A stretch of DNA of 63,982 nucleotides, filler included, from an uncultured Clostridia bacterium (GCA_964482715.1; 4 parts of 4 records of this genome joined end to end with filler, not necessarily neighbours in it), one strand, 5' to 3'; positions 51,123-62,028 are shown, counted from the first letter of the whole stretch. The notes: a model not told the origin generated them from the letters alone. Numbers and translations are program-made.

Positions 51123-52247
51123 TTGAAAAGTACAGGCTTTCAAATAGCTGCGGGGATGCTGGGAACCTTAATATTCATCTTTCTGGTTGGTTTTGTCGAT
51201 TGGTGGTTAACTTCAAGACAACCACTCGAGCCCGGGGAAAGGGCTATAATAAGGGAAGTGTGGAAAAAACAGGGACCTTTGCTCGGACCCTCCGCCCCCC
51301 CTTATGAAGTGAGAGTGGTGGAAAATAACTCATCCAGCCGGATTACCTTTTTCATCCAGCCATATCCTTTTGGCTGTGTTGAAGAAATAATAAAAAGAGA
51401 TGAGGTAAAAAATTTTTCCTTTAAACTTCCTCTCTGGACCAAGGACACAATCACTCAAGACCCCAATGACTCCAGTATTACCCGAATTCTTTTGATTAAA
51501 GGTGAATACAAAATTGAGAACGTCAATTTATACGCCAGAAACTTAGATTATCGTGAGCTTCCATATACCAGGAAAGGAGACCTTCTTTATCCGGTAAAAG
51601 CTTTTCTGATTCAGCAAGGAAGAGACCCAGAGATGGCCAGCAGAGAGGAGCTTTTTTCCGAAGTAATTTACTTTGAGTTTTCTCATTTTTTATCTGACAG
51701 AATAAACGAGATGGGAGAGAGTATAGCCCAGAAATATGCTGTCCTGGCAAAAGCAATAAGAGAAAATAAGATCACTTCTTCGTCAGAAAAGGACAAGTTT
51801 GTTGCCGACTTCTTAAAAAAATACCCCTGGTACAAGCTGGAACCCCGCTCCCTGGAAAAACTACGGGAAAATCCTGAGGTTCAGGAACTTTTTCAAAAGT
51901 ATTTTGAAGCTGTAAGAAAGGAAGATCCTCAACTTATGACTTCCTTTTTAGGAGAGATAGAAGAATTTTTTGAAAGATACGTCCGGGAAAATCCAGAGGC
52001 TTATGACCGGGAAAAATGGGACTATGTCAGGTCCCTACTTTTGAAACCAGATGTTCTTCCGCCTGAATATAAGCCGGAATTTGTTTATCCCTTTGTAGAA
52101 AAAAAATTGCAGAAGATCAGGGAAAATTATATTGAAAACATGCAAGAGAAAATTCTGAAAAATTACGGAGTTAAATTACTGACTCTTAAGTTAGAGATGC
52201 AGGAAGATCTGACAGCAAGATATCCTTACATCCTCATGCAAAGATAA
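51123..52247 (+). CDS. Membrane-anchored divergent SPFH/band-7 (HflC/HflK-like) protein
   Basis: N-terminal TM then LEPGERAII, FFIQPYPFGCVE, LWTKD, YKIEN, YGVKLLTLKL. Confidence 0.62.
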   Translation: MKSTGFQIAAGMLGTLIFIFLVGFVDWWLTSRQPLEPGERAIIREVWKKQGPLLGPSAPPYEVRVVENNSSSRITFFIQPYPFGCVEEIIKRDEVKNFSFKLPLWTKDTITQDPNDSSITRILLIKGEYKIENVNLYARNLDYRELPYTRKGDLLYPVKAFLIQQGRDPEMASREELFSEVIYFEFSHFLSDRINEMGESIAQKYAVLAKAIRENKITSSSEKDKFVADFLKKYPWYKLEPRSLEKLRENPEVQELFQKYFEAVRKEDPQLMTSFLGEIEEFFERYVRENPEAYDREKWDYVRSLLLKPDVLPPEYKPEFVYPFVEKKLQKIRENYIENMQEKILKNYGVKLLTLKLEMQEDLTARYPYILMQR

Positions 52248-52267
52248 CCTTTCTCTATTTTTCCTGT

Positions 52268-52367
52268 NNNNNNNNNNNNNNNNNNNNNNNNNNNNNNNNN
52301 NNNNNNNNNNNTTAATTAATTAANNNNNNNNNNNNNNNNNNNNNNNNNNNNNNNNNNNNNNNNNNNN
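52268..52367. other. Artificial contig linker
   Basis: N44-TTAATTAATTAA-N44. Confidence 0.97.
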
Positions 52368-52485
52368 TACGGGTTCCAGAGGTTAAAATGGCCATTTTTG
52401 GCCTTTTACTGTCAAAGTTGAGCCAGATACTTTACGGTTTAAATTCTAATTTCCTTAAATCCTGTCTGGAAGAGTATTTTCCAAC

Positions 52486-52580
<95 letters not shown>

Positions 52581-52598
52581 GACCCAAAATCAATCTTT

Positions 52599-52919
52599 TT
52601 AACTTTTCCCCCATTCAATAGACTCTATTTTCAGGCGGGTGAAATACTGACGATGGCCGTATTTACGATGGTAGTTTTTTCGCCGTTTGAATTTGTACAC
52701 GATAACTTTTCTATTTTTACCCTGCTCCACAACTGTAGCTTTCACTTTGACCTTATCAAGTACAGGATTGCCAACTTCAAGTTCACCGTCTTTTTTAGCC
52801 ATAAGTACTTTATCCAGCACAACCGTATCCCCCACGTTAAAAGGAAGCTTTTCCACTTTAATACTTTCACCTGGTGCTACCTGATACTGTTTTCCTCCTA
52901 TCTCAACAATTGCCATCAT
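52599..52919 (-). CDS. rplU: 50S ribosomal protein L21
   Basis: AIVEIGGKQY.V..G..I.VEKL...KFKRRKNY.RK.GHRQ. Confidence 0.97.
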   Translation of the reverse strand: MMAIVEIGGKQYQVAPGESIKVEKLPFNVGDTVVLDKVLMAKKDGELEVGNPVLDKVKVKATVVEQGKNRKVIVYKFKRRKNYHRKYGHRQYFTRLKIESIEWGKS

Positions 52920-52936
52920 TATTAATCTCCTTATTT

Positions 52937-54193
52937 TTATGTCCCCTCTTGCCAGGAAGTTAGGTATTTTTCCTGTTCCGGGGTTAATTTGTCTATTTTA
53001 ATTCCCATACTATTTAATTTTAAATATGCAACTTCTCTGTCAATCTCCTCCGGGACCCTGTAAACTTGTTTATTTAGATTTTTTCCCTCTTTTACCAGAT
53101 ACTCACAGGAAAGTGCCTGATTGGCAAAACTCATATCCATGACCATAGAAGGGTGCCCTTCGGCTGCTGCCAGATTAACCAGCCTCCCTTGAGCAAGTAA
53201 ATTTATTCTCCTTCCATCCTTCAGCTTAAATTCTTCAACATTTTTTCGTGTTTTTCTTCTGCTTACAGCTATTTGGGAAAGATCATCTAAATTTACCTCT
53301 ACATTGAAATGACCTGCATTAGCTACAATTGCACCATCTTTCATTAAAAGAAAGTGCTCCTTTTTAATTACGTCTTTATCACCCGTACTGGTGACAAATA
53401 TATCTCCCCGGGGACATGCTTCTGTCAAAGGCATCACCCAGAAACCATCCATTACCGCTTCCAGAGCTTTTAGGGGATCTATCTCGCAGATTATCACCCT
53501 TGCCCCCATTCCGCGTGCACGCATAGCAATGCCTCTCCCACACCAGCCATAACCACAAACCACAAAAGTTGAACCAGCCAGAAGAAAATTTGTAGCTCTC
53601 AATATCCCATCAATGGTGGATTGTCCTGTGCCATACCGGTTATCAAATAAATGCTTGGTTAGGGCATCATTTACCGCTATAATAGGATATTTTAGTTTTC
53701 CCTCTCTGGCCAAACTTTTAAGTCTTATAACTCCGGTTGTTGTTTCCTCGGTACCGCCTAAAATTTTATCGGTAAAACCAAATTCCCCGGAGTGAATAGT
53801 GGAAACAAGATCTGCCCCGTCATCCATGGTTATATTCGGTTCTATCTCCAGAGTTTTATGAATGTGCTGGTAATAGGTATCTCGGTCTTCTCCCCGTATG
53901 GCAAAAACTTCTATCTCGAAATCCCTCACCAGAGAAGCTGCCACATCATCCTGAGTAGAAAGAGGATTAGAAGCACAAAGTCTAACATGAGCTCCACCAG
54001 CTTTTAGTGTATTCACGAGATTGGCTGTCTCTGATGTGACATGTAAGCAGGCAGCAATTTTGATACCATTTAGCGGTTTTTCTTGAGAAAATCTTTCTCT
54101 TATTTTCTCCAAAACCTTCATTTTGGAGCCTGCCCACTCTATCTTTACTTTACCCTCTGCAGAAAATCTTGCATCTCTGATATCTGATTCCAT
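52937..54193 (-). CDS. ahcY: Adenosylhomocysteinase
   Basis: [49 protein letters not shown]. Confidence 0.97.
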   Translation of the reverse strand: MESDIRDARFSAEGKVKIEWAGSKMKVLEKIRERFSQEKPLNGIKIAACLHVTSETANLVNTLKAGGAHVRLCASNPLSTQDDVAASLVRDFEIEVFAIRGEDRDTYYQHIHKTLEIEPNITMDDGADLVSTIHSGEFGFTDKILGGTEETTTGVIRLKSLAREGKLKYPIIAVNDALTKHLFDNRYGTGQSTIDGILRATNFLLAGSTFVVCGYGWCGRGIAMRARGMGARVIICEIDPLKALEAVMDGFWVMPLTEACPRGDIFVTSTGDKDVIKKEHFLLMKDGAIVANAGHFNVEVNLDDLSQIAVSRRKTRKNVEEFKLKDGRRINLLAQGRLVNLAAAEGHPSMVMDMSFANQALSCEYLVKEGKNLNKQVYRVPEEIDREVAYLKLNSMGIKIDKLTPEQEKYLTSWQEGT

Positions 54194-54391
54194 TTTACCC
54201 CCCGTAAGAGTAGGTTAAATTATACCAAAATATGTCCCTCTGACAAGCCAGAGTTTTCCAGTCTGGAAAAAAAATCCAGGATGTTTTAAAAGGCCCAATA
54301 TTATCAACTTGAAAATAGACTTAAGGGACTTTTTATCCATCCCAGAACTTGACCTAAAGGATTTTTTGTTTAACCTGAAAAAAGATAGAAA

Positions 54392-55474
54392 ATGAAGAGG
54401 ATAGAAAGCTCTATTTTACAAAAAAGAATCCTGGAGATCTTAAAAAAACTGGTGGAGACTCCTACTCCAACAGGAGAGGAGCACAAACTCCACGATTTCC
54501 TGACTTCGTTTCTAAGAGAAAAAGGGTTTGATGTGAAAAAGCAGGATGTGCCCGAGTCCTGTCCCAATTTGATAGGAAGAAGAAAAGGCGGTGGATTACT
54601 CTTATGTGCTCATATAGACACTTTTCCAGCTTTTGACCATCCTGATCCCTACAAACTTAAATTGGAAGGGGAAAATCTTGTAGGAAGAGGTGTTATTGAT
54701 CCTAAAGGACAAATAGCTTCTTTACTGGTAGCCATTGAGTATACAGATAGTCCCTGCGAGATAGCCTTTACCTCTGGAGAGGAGGAGAAGGCTCTGGGTT
54801 CAAAGTTTTTAAAGGCTACTTCTCCCCAGGGAATAGTCCTTGAGCCAACTGATTTTGTCATATGTCTTTCCCAGGCTGGAGCAATAGAAATAGAAGTTAA
54901 AGTTGAAGGAACATCTGCCCATGGATCCTTACCTCAAGAGGGTGAAAATGCCGTTTTAAAAGCCTTTGAGATTTACCGGCGCTTAACAAAAATGCCATTT
55001 CTAAAGCAAACTCATCCACATTTCCCCTCAGGGGGATGGGTAAACCTGGGAAAAATTCAGGGAGGAAAAGATGTAATGGTAGTTCCCTATCAATGTAGTT
55101 TTCAGGCTGATATTAGTGTGATCCCGGGTGTAAATATTGACCAGGCAGTGCAGGAAGTGAAAAATACAGTAGCAAAAAGTGGAGGATATATTTATTTTAG
55201 AGATATCTCACCTCCTATCCAGATAGAAAGCAAACTAAAAGTTGTTAAGCTACTGAAAGAGTCTTTTGAAGCCATAACAGGGAAAAAGGCAAAAATTGGA
55301 GGCATACCGAGCTGGACTGATGCAGAGAATCTCTACCAAAAAGGAATTTTCTGCCCGGTTTTTGGAGCTGGTAAGCTTTCCCGAGCTCATTCTAACTATG
55401 AATGGGTTTCTCTACGAGAATTAGAGCTTCTCTCCCTTATTTTTATCCACTTCCTTGATCACTGGAACCCATAG
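54392..55474 (+). CDS. M20-family metallopeptidase/deacylase (ArgE/DapE-like)
   Basis: AHIDT, GRG..DPKG, GEE, EPT, AHGS, TDA, AHS.E. Confidence 0.87.
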   Translation: MKRIESSILQKRILEILKKLVETPTPTGEEHKLHDFLTSFLREKGFDVKKQDVPESCPNLIGRRKGGGLLLCAHIDTFPAFDHPDPYKLKLEGENLVGRGVIDPKGQIASLLVAIEYTDSPCEIAFTSGEEEKALGSKFLKATSPQGIVLEPTDFVICLSQAGAIEIEVKVEGTSAHGSLPQEGENAVLKAFEIYRRLTKMPFLKQTHPHFPSGGWVNLGKIQGGKDVMVVPYQCSFQADISVIPGVNIDQAVQEVKNTVAKSGGYIYFRDISPPIQIESKLKVVKLLKESFEAITGKKAKIGGIPSWTDAENLYQKGIFCPVFGAGKLSRAHSNYEWVSLRELELLSLIFIHFLDHWNP

Positions 55475-55942
55475 ATCTTTTTTCATCCTGATCCACTCAC
55501 CCCAGTTTCCTTTTTCCTGGAAACCGAGTTTTAGATACCAGCTACGGGCAAGCCAGTTATCTTCACCAACCCAAAGAGAAACACTCTTGCACCCTTTCTC
55601 TCTTACATATTCCAGGGCCTTATTCAACAGTTTTTTCCCGATACCCTGTCCTTGAAAATCTTTATGAACAACAAGTTCGTGCAATTCACCAGTACTACCC
55701 CACTTCCAGTCCTCCCACTCACTATGAAGACAAACAAATCCAACAGGTCTTCCTTTCTTTTCAGCTATCCAGAAACCTCCGGGATCCCCTTCGTAAAGCC
55801 ACCTCAAGTAATTTCTTATTTTTCTTTCCGAAGTGTAGGCATACTTTACCATCTGATGGTAAGCCGATTTATACACCTGCACTAACTCCGGGAGTTCCTC
55901 TTCTTTCACCCTTCTTATTCGTAGGTCGTCTTCCTCATCCAT
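55421..55942 (-). CDS. GNAT acetyltransferase
   Basis: VHKDFQGQGIGKKL acetyl-CoA motif; N..A..WY.KLGF. Confidence 0.9.
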   Translation of the reverse strand: MDEEDDLRIRRVKEEELPELVQVYKSAYHQMVKYAYTSERKIRNYLRWLYEGDPGGFWIAEKKGRPVGFVCLHSEWEDWKWGSTGELHELVVHKDFQGQGIGKKLLNKALEYVREKGCKSVSLWVGEDNWLARSWYLKLGFQEKGNWGEWIRMKKDLWVPVIKEVDKNKGEKL

Positions 55943-55981
55943 TTTTGAATTTATTCTTATCTTTGAAAAAGATTCTCTAAG

Positions 55982-57649
55982 TTACATTCTTTCGGGAGCC
56001 GAAATACCCAGAATCCCCAGGAGATCCAAAATTGCCAGCTTCACAGCCTGAACAAGGAAAAGCCTTGCCGAAGTCAATTCTCTGTCTTCACCTATAACCT
56101 GATGGCGAGTGTAAAAGTAGTGAAAAGAAGAAGCTAACTCTTGCAGGTAAACTGTAAGGTGGTGAGGTTCTAATCTTTCTCCGGCTTCCCGTACTTGATC
56201 GGGAAGATAGCTAATCAACCACATAAGTTCTCTTTCCTCAGGTGAAGTTAAAAGATCAAGATTTACCTTTTCATAATTTACAGGAAAAACCCTCTTTTCT
56301 TCTGCTTTTTTTAATATACTACAGATCCTGGCATGAGCATACTGAATGTAAAAAACTGGATTTTCGGGAGTTTGTTTTTTGGCAAGTTCCAGATCAAATT
56401 CCAGATGGGAATCAGCACTACGAGAAAGGAAAAAAAAGCGAGCCGCATCTTTTCCTACTTCTTCCAGAAGTTCCCTCAGGGAAATAAATTTTCCCTCTCG
56501 AGTAGAAGCAGGAACTCTCTTACCTTCTCTTTTTAGACTCACAAGCTGGTAAATTACTATTTTGAGAGCCTCTTCTGGATAACCCAAAGCTCTCACAGCT
56601 GAAACAAGCCTCGGCAAATATCCTATGTGGTCAGCTCCCCAAATATCTATAATCTTAAAAAATCCTCTCTTAAATTTATCCTGATGATAGGCAATATCAC
56701 TTGCAAAATAGGTGTATTCTCCATTCTTTCTTCTTAAAACTCTATCCTCTTTATCTTTTATAATTGCCGAAGTTTTAAACCAGAGGGCACCATCTTTTTC
56801 ATAGATCAGATTTTTACCTTCAAGTATTGATAAGACTTCAGCCAATTTATTATTTTTATAAAGTTCTGATTCAAAAAACCAGTGGTCAAAACTAACACCG
56901 AATTTTTCAAGATCCTCTCTTATCTGACTCAGTATTTCCTCAACAGCAAACCCCGATAATTCCAGGATAATCTTGTCTTCCTCCTCTTGCTGGATAATTC
57001 CTCTTTTTTCTTTAAAGATTCTGGCAAGATCGATCAGGTATTCTCCTTTGTAACCATCGTCAGGTATGGCTATTTGCTCTCCCTCCAGTTGTCTAATTCT
57101 AATCCAGAGGGATTTAGCTAACTTCTTTATCTGTCCTCCTACATCATTCACATAATACTCTCTTTCAACTTTATAGTTCAGCTTACCAAGATTGTTAGCC
57201 AGTGCATCACCCAAAGCCGCTGCACGACCATGTCCTACATGAAGGGGACCGGTGGGATTGGCCGATACGAACTCTACCTGTACTTTCCTTTCCTCTCCCA
57301 GAGAAAATCTTGTATAATCTTCTTTTTCTTGAATGATTCTTTTCAAACTTTCTTTCAAGTAGGAAAAGGAGAGAGAAAAATTTATAAAACCGGGTGGAGC
57401 GTACTCCACCCGGGAAAATAAATCCTCTTCAGAAAGAGAAGAAATAAGTTCTTCACTTATTTTGGCTGGTGAAGTTTGGCTGACACTGGAAAGTAAAAAA
57501 GGAAGGTTGGTTGATAAATCTCCCCATTCTTTTTTCTTTGATCTTTCAATGGAAAAAGAGGAAATTTTTTTTGATAAATCCTCTCCACCAATTTTTTTAA
57601 CCGTTCTTAAAATTGAATCTCTCACCAGCCATTTTACAGAATTATCCAT
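55982..57649 (-). CDS. argS: Arginine--tRNA ligase
   Basis: EFVSANPTGPLHVGHGR, Y.ASDIAYH, GADH, YIQYAHARI, SAPERM. Confidence 0.97.
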   Translation of the reverse strand: MDNSVKWLVRDSILRTVKKIGGEDLSKKISSFSIERSKKKEWGDLSTNLPFLLSSVSQTSPAKISEELISSLSEEDLFSRVEYAPPGFINFSLSFSYLKESLKRIIQEKEDYTRFSLGEERKVQVEFVSANPTGPLHVGHGRAAALGDALANNLGKLNYKVEREYYVNDVGGQIKKLAKSLWIRIRQLEGEQIAIPDDGYKGEYLIDLARIFKEKRGIIQQEEEDKIILELSGFAVEEILSQIREDLEKFGVSFDHWFFESELYKNNKLAEVLSILEGKNLIYEKDGALWFKTSAIIKDKEDRVLRRKNGEYTYFASDIAYHQDKFKRGFFKIIDIWGADHIGYLPRLVSAVRALGYPEEALKIVIYQLVSLKREGKRVPASTREGKFISLRELLEEVGKDAARFFFLSRSADSHLEFDLELAKKQTPENPVFYIQYAHARICSILKKAEEKRVFPVNYEKVNLDLLTSPEERELMWLISYLPDQVREAGERLEPHHLTVYLQELASSFHYFYTRHQVIGEDRELTSARLFLVQAVKLAILDLLGILGISAPERM

Positions 57650-57651
57650 TT

Positions 57652-59184
57652 TTAACTCCGCGTTCTAATGGTAACAAACATACTCCACAGACCGTGACGG
57701 AGCCTGAGAAGAACAGTCTCTCCTGGTTCAACTTTACTCATGGCAGATTCAAAGTCACTCAAATTTTCAATTCTTTCTCTATTTACTCCTTTTATCACAT
57801 CTCCCGGAGTTATTCCAACACGGTCTGCAGGACCTCCAGACTCCACTTCAACTATAACAACTCCTTTTTCTTCTTTACCAATTTTATATCGCTCACGAAG
57901 TTCCGGAGTGATTTCAGCAACTCTTATCCCGAGAAGCTTTTCTTCAATTTCACCTTTAGCCTCAATTATCTTCTCTGGTTTAGGAGCTGTAACAAGCTCA
58001 ACTTCTATTCGTTTACCCTCTCTGACCAGAACAATCTTTATTTTTTCACCAATTTCTGTTTTTAAGACAGCTTCTTTTAAGTCAAGAGGTGTCTCAACTG
58101 GCTGTCCGTTAACTTCCTGAATAACATCACCTGGTTTTATCCCTGCCTTCTCTGCCGGAGAATCAGAAACAACATCAGCAACCAGCACTCCCTTTTCAAC
58201 TTCAAACTTCTCTGCCAGTTCTGGAGTTAGCTCCTGCATGTAAATCCCTATCCAGGGCCACTTTATCTCTCCATACTTAACCAGACTCTGAAGGAGTCTT
58301 TTAGCCTTGTTTATGGGAATAGCAAAACCTATTCCAATGGAACCTCCTGTGGGAGTTAAAATTGCCGTATTAATACCTATAACTTCCCCATAAATGTTGA
58401 CAAGAGGTCCACCACTGTTTCCCGGATTGATAGAAGCATCGGTCTGAATCAGATCTGTGTATACCCTGTTTTCTCCTCTTTCTCCTGCCCTTATTGCTCT
58501 ACCTGTGGCACTTATTACCCCAACAGTTACTGTGGGCTCATACTTTTTATTAAGTTCCGATAGAGCAAATCCAAATGGATTACCCACTGCAATCACCCAT
58601 TGTCCTACCTGAATGCTATCAGAATCGCCAAGAACAACAGTGGGAAGGCCATTTCCGTCTATCTTTAAAACAGCGATATCGGATTCTGTATCAACCTCAA
58701 CAATTTTTGCTTTGTAACTTTTGTTGTTGGGAAGAGTCACTATAATTTTATCTCTATTCACGCCATGAATCACATGTTCATTGGTAAGTATATAACCATC
58801 TTCATTAATTATCATTCCGGAGCCAAGTCCCCTCTGTTTAAATTCTCTTTGCGGATACTGTTCAAAGAACCTGCGGAAGAACTCGTCAAAATCTTCAAAG
58901 GGTGGACCAAAGAACCTTTCGCTGCCAAACCCGGGGACACTTACGGTTCGCTCGGTGCTTATACTTACCACAGCCGGGCTTACTTTTTTAATGGCGTTTA
59001 TTATTTTACCTTCCAGACTTTCTGGATCTACAGGATGAGGCTTAAGACTTTCCTGAAAGAGGGGGCCTTTTAGTTTAATCTCTGTTATTCCAGGTAAAGA
59101 ATAAAAGTTCAGTCCAGCTACTATAACAGCTATCCCAAGTATAATAGATAGAAGATAAAATATTCTTTTTGATAATTTTCTCAT
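57652..59184 (-). CDS. degP: HtrA/DegP serine protease with two PDZ domains
   Basis: TNEHV, DIAVLK, QTDASINPGNSGGPL; two PDZ domains; N-terminal anchor. Confidence 0.93.
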   Translation of the reverse strand: MRKLSKRIFYLLSIILGIAVIVAGLNFYSLPGITEIKLKGPLFQESLKPHPVDPESLEGKIINAIKKVSPAVVSISTERTVSVPGFGSERFFGPPFEDFDEFFRRFFEQYPQREFKQRGLGSGMIINEDGYILTNEHVIHGVNRDKIIVTLPNNKSYKAKIVEVDTESDIAVLKIDGNGLPTVVLGDSDSIQVGQWVIAVGNPFGFALSELNKKYEPTVTVGVISATGRAIRAGERGENRVYTDLIQTDASINPGNSGGPLVNIYGEVIGINTAILTPTGGSIGIGFAIPINKAKRLLQSLVKYGEIKWPWIGIYMQELTPELAEKFEVEKGVLVADVVSDSPAEKAGIKPGDVIQEVNGQPVETPLDLKEAVLKTEIGEKIKIVLVREGKRIEVELVTAPKPEKIIEAKGEIEEKLLGIRVAEITPELRERYKIGKEEKGVVIVEVESGGPADRVGITPGDVIKGVNRERIENLSDFESAMSKVEPGETVLLRLRHGLWSMFVTIRTRS

Positions 59185-59209
59185 TTCAATCCTCCGTTTT
59201 TCTTATTTT

Positions 59210-60034
59210 TTATTTTTGACAGTTTTCACAGAAATATGTTCCCCTGCCTCCAATTTTCTTCTTCCTTATTATTGAACCACATCGGGGACAGGTTTGCCCT
59301 TCTCTTCCATAAACCTGAAGATGGGGGACAAAGTTTCCTTCCTTTCCATTTAGATCAACATAAGCATCAACGGACGAGCCCCTGTAACGTATGGCTTCCT
59401 CCAGTAGTTTCAGTAATTCTCTGTAGACGCTCTCCAATTCTTCATCATTTAACCGGGAAACTTCACGTTCTGGATGAATTTTTGCTCTATAAAGAGCTTC
59501 CTGGGAATAAATGTTCCCCACACCCGCTATAACATTTTGATCCATAAGAAGAGGTTTTATCTTACCTCTTTTCCTTTTTAAAATGTCTTTAAACTTTTCT
59601 ACGGTGAATTCAGGAGAAAGAGGCTCCGGACCCATGTTTTTTATTGCTGGTATCTGGTTTATCTCATCCTGAGAAACAAGATATATGTCAGCAAATCCCC
59701 TTATATCAGCAAAAAAGAGAGTACTTCCGTCTTCAAAAATAAAGGCTATACGGGAATATTCAGGCTCTACATCTCTGCTGGAAGAGAAAATCAACCTGCC
59801 AGTGAGTTTAAGATGAAAAAGAAGTACATCTGAGGAGTCAAGGTATAACATCAAAAATTTTCCTCTTCTTTGAATATCCTTTATGGTTTTGCCTTCCAGT
59901 TTCTTTTTGAATTCTAAAGGTGATACAATTCTGATGTTTTTCTCGTTTTTTATCTCAACTTTCTTTATGCTTTTACCTTTTATTTTTTTTATCATATCCT
60001 GCTTTATGGTCTCTACTTCGGGAAGTTCAGGCAT
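59210..60034 (-). CDS. mutM: Formamidopyrimidine-DNA glycosylase
   Basis: MPELPEVE, RRGK, GVGNIY, C-terminal CPRC..FCENCQ zinc finger. Confidence 0.96.
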   Translation of the reverse strand: MPELPEVETIKQDMIKKIKGKSIKKVEIKNEKNIRIVSPLEFKKKLEGKTIKDIQRRGKFLMLYLDSSDVLLFHLKLTGRLIFSSSRDVEPEYSRIAFIFEDGSTLFFADIRGFADIYLVSQDEINQIPAIKNMGPEPLSPEFTVEKFKDILKRKRGKIKPLLMDQNVIAGVGNIYSQEALYRAKIHPEREVSRLNDEELESVYRELLKLLEEAIRYRGSSVDAYVDLNGKEGNFVPHLQVYGREGQTCPRCGSIIRKKKIGGRGTYFCENCQK

Positions 60035-60674
60035 CACTTTCTCCTTGTAAGTTAAATAAGGTTTAAATAACCCTTGATCCCTGAGTTTCCTGGGAATCTT
60101 TATTTCGTATTATATAAGATGAGGGAAAAAAGGCAACTTCACACTTCATCGCTGTTTAAGTTGTTGCATTTTATTTAGCTTTTTACATTAAAACTGTATT
60201 TTAAACTTTTCCTTACGTAACAAGCCAGAAAGAATAAAAGCCCTTCTGGTTCTTCATGTTTTCCAAGTTGGTCTTGGTTTCAGAGTTTTCATTGTTGACT
60301 TTTAAAAAAGCTTAATTTTGATAATCTCTGGAAACTCGCTTGACAAAAAAACAACAATGTTAACAATTAATGATGGGTCAAGTCCTCTTTAAAGGAAAAC
60401 TAACACAGGCTGGGAAGAAGCTAATAGTATAGCATTGCCAAGAGAAAAAGTCGGTTTTGTTTCCACGCATCTTAGACAGCTGTAATCATAAAAACATCCC
60501 TTATTTTCAGGAACTTGCAGAGCAAAACCGGTAGGAGTGGCAAATCAGAAAACAAATAGATCTAAAGATAAAGCAAGGAAGGTTCTTTAGAGGAGAAGTA
60601 TTAAAAGAATTTATCTCAGGAAGTATCTATATATAAAAGTTTGAATCTTATAACTTAATAGAGGAGGTAGGCTG

Positions 60675-61988
60675 ATGGGTGCTAAAAAAATACTGGCGGC
60701 AATGGGTGTAACTGTCATACTTTTGTTAGGCGTAAGTATGGCAGTAGCAGGCACAGTAAAAATTAACTGTCTTTCTTCTCCTGATAATGCTGATGCACTA
60801 ACTGATTTTGCACAGGAATTTATGAAAAAATATCCTGATATTCAAGTTGAGGTAATTCCTCTGTCCTGGGAAGTTCTTTATCCAAGAATTTTAGCCGATT
60901 TTGCTTCTCACGCAGGTGCTTACGATACGATGACATGGGATCTTATGACTGGCGGTGCCTGCTCTCAGGGCTTAGCTGATCTGGAAAAGATAAGAAAGCA
61001 ATATCCCGAAGTTGTTGACCCAGATTACGATATTGAAGATTTTATTCCCACTGCCTGGCATGTATATGGAATGTGGGGTGAGAAAAATATTGGACTTCCA
61101 TTCTATGGAGCCACGATGTTTTTCTTTTATCGAAAGGATTACTTTCAACAATTGGGACTACAGGTTCCCACAACATGGGATGAAGTCTTAAAGGCGGCTC
61201 GTCTTCTCACCAAAGAATACAATCCTGATTCTCCCAGCAAATACGGAATATCCCTCATGTTCCCTAGAACACATACTTTGTTTTACATGTATCTTAATTG
61301 GTTTGGACCTTTAAGAAGAAGCCCCAGTGGTATAGCTAAATTCGGGAAAGTAGACCTTGACTGGGGAGATTATTTCACCCAAGATAAGAAACCTGCTTTT
61401 AACTCTCTGGAAGGTGCAAGAGCTCTGGAACTCATGGAAGAACTCATGCGTTATAGCCCTGATCCTTTAGGTTCTGACTATGGCGAGACATTAGAATATT
61501 TTGGAAAGGGTCTTGTAGCAATGGTGCCTCAATGGACAGCCTGTATTGCGTCTTGGAAGGGATCTCCTGCTCTTTCTCCTTATTCTGAAAAGGTAGGAGT
61601 AACTATTATGCCGGGAGGTCATCCAGTAAGTGGTGGTTGGGGACTTGGAATAAACAACGATACTCCACATAAGAAGGAAGCCTACATGTGGATTCAATTT
61701 GCAACGAATAAAAGGCATGATAAACTCCATTGGTTAAAATATAACGTGGGTCCCACTCGCTATTCTACCTGTCAAGACCCTGAAGTTCTAAAAGAGTACC
61801 CATGGCTGAAGGATGTGTATATTCCATCTTTGGAACAAGCTTCTCACCGTCCCAGAATACCTGAAGAACCAAAGCTCGAGGATGTCGCAGTAGGAACTCT
61901 TTCAGAAATTTTGATGGGACGAAAGCCTGATAAGTTAAAAACTCTTGATGAACTTGCTTCTGAATGGATGAGAATACTTAAAAAATAA
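60675..61988 (+). CDS. Carbohydrate ABC substrate-binding protein (family 1)
   Basis: Signal peptide; LPF..FFYRKD, VPTTWDE, GGWGLGIN. Confidence 0.87.
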   Translation: MGAKKILAAMGVTVILLLGVSMAVAGTVKINCLSSPDNADALTDFAQEFMKKYPDIQVEVIPLSWEVLYPRILADFASHAGAYDTMTWDLMTGGACSQGLADLEKIRKQYPEVVDPDYDIEDFIPTAWHVYGMWGEKNIGLPFYGATMFFFYRKDYFQQLGLQVPTTWDEVLKAARLLTKEYNPDSPSKYGISLMFPRTHTLFYMYLNWFGPLRRSPSGIAKFGKVDLDWGDYFTQDKKPAFNSLEGARALELMEELMRYSPDPLGSDYGETLEYFGKGLVAMVPQWTACIASWKGSPALSPYSEKVGVTIMPGGHPVSGGWGLGINNDTPHKKEAYMWIQFATNKRHDKLHWLKYNVGPTRYSTCQDPEVLKEYPWLKDVYIPSLEQASHRPRIPEEPKLEDVAVGTLSEILMGRKPDKLKTLDELASEWMRILKK

Positions 61989-61996
61989 AGATCACA

Positions 61997-62028
61997 AGAC
62001 CTCCAGGATAGCCATATCCTGGAGGTCT
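61997..62028 (+). terminator. 14-bp stem-loop between SBP and permease
   Basis: AGACCTCCAGGATA-GCCA-TATCCTGGAGGTCT. Confidence 0.7.

Noticed and set aside
55421-55474. 54-bp convergent overlap of the M20 and GNAT genes as a functional acetylase/deacetylase pair
   Set aside because: Convergent 3' overlaps occur elsewhere in this compact genome (guaB3/rpmB); nothing else links the two genes
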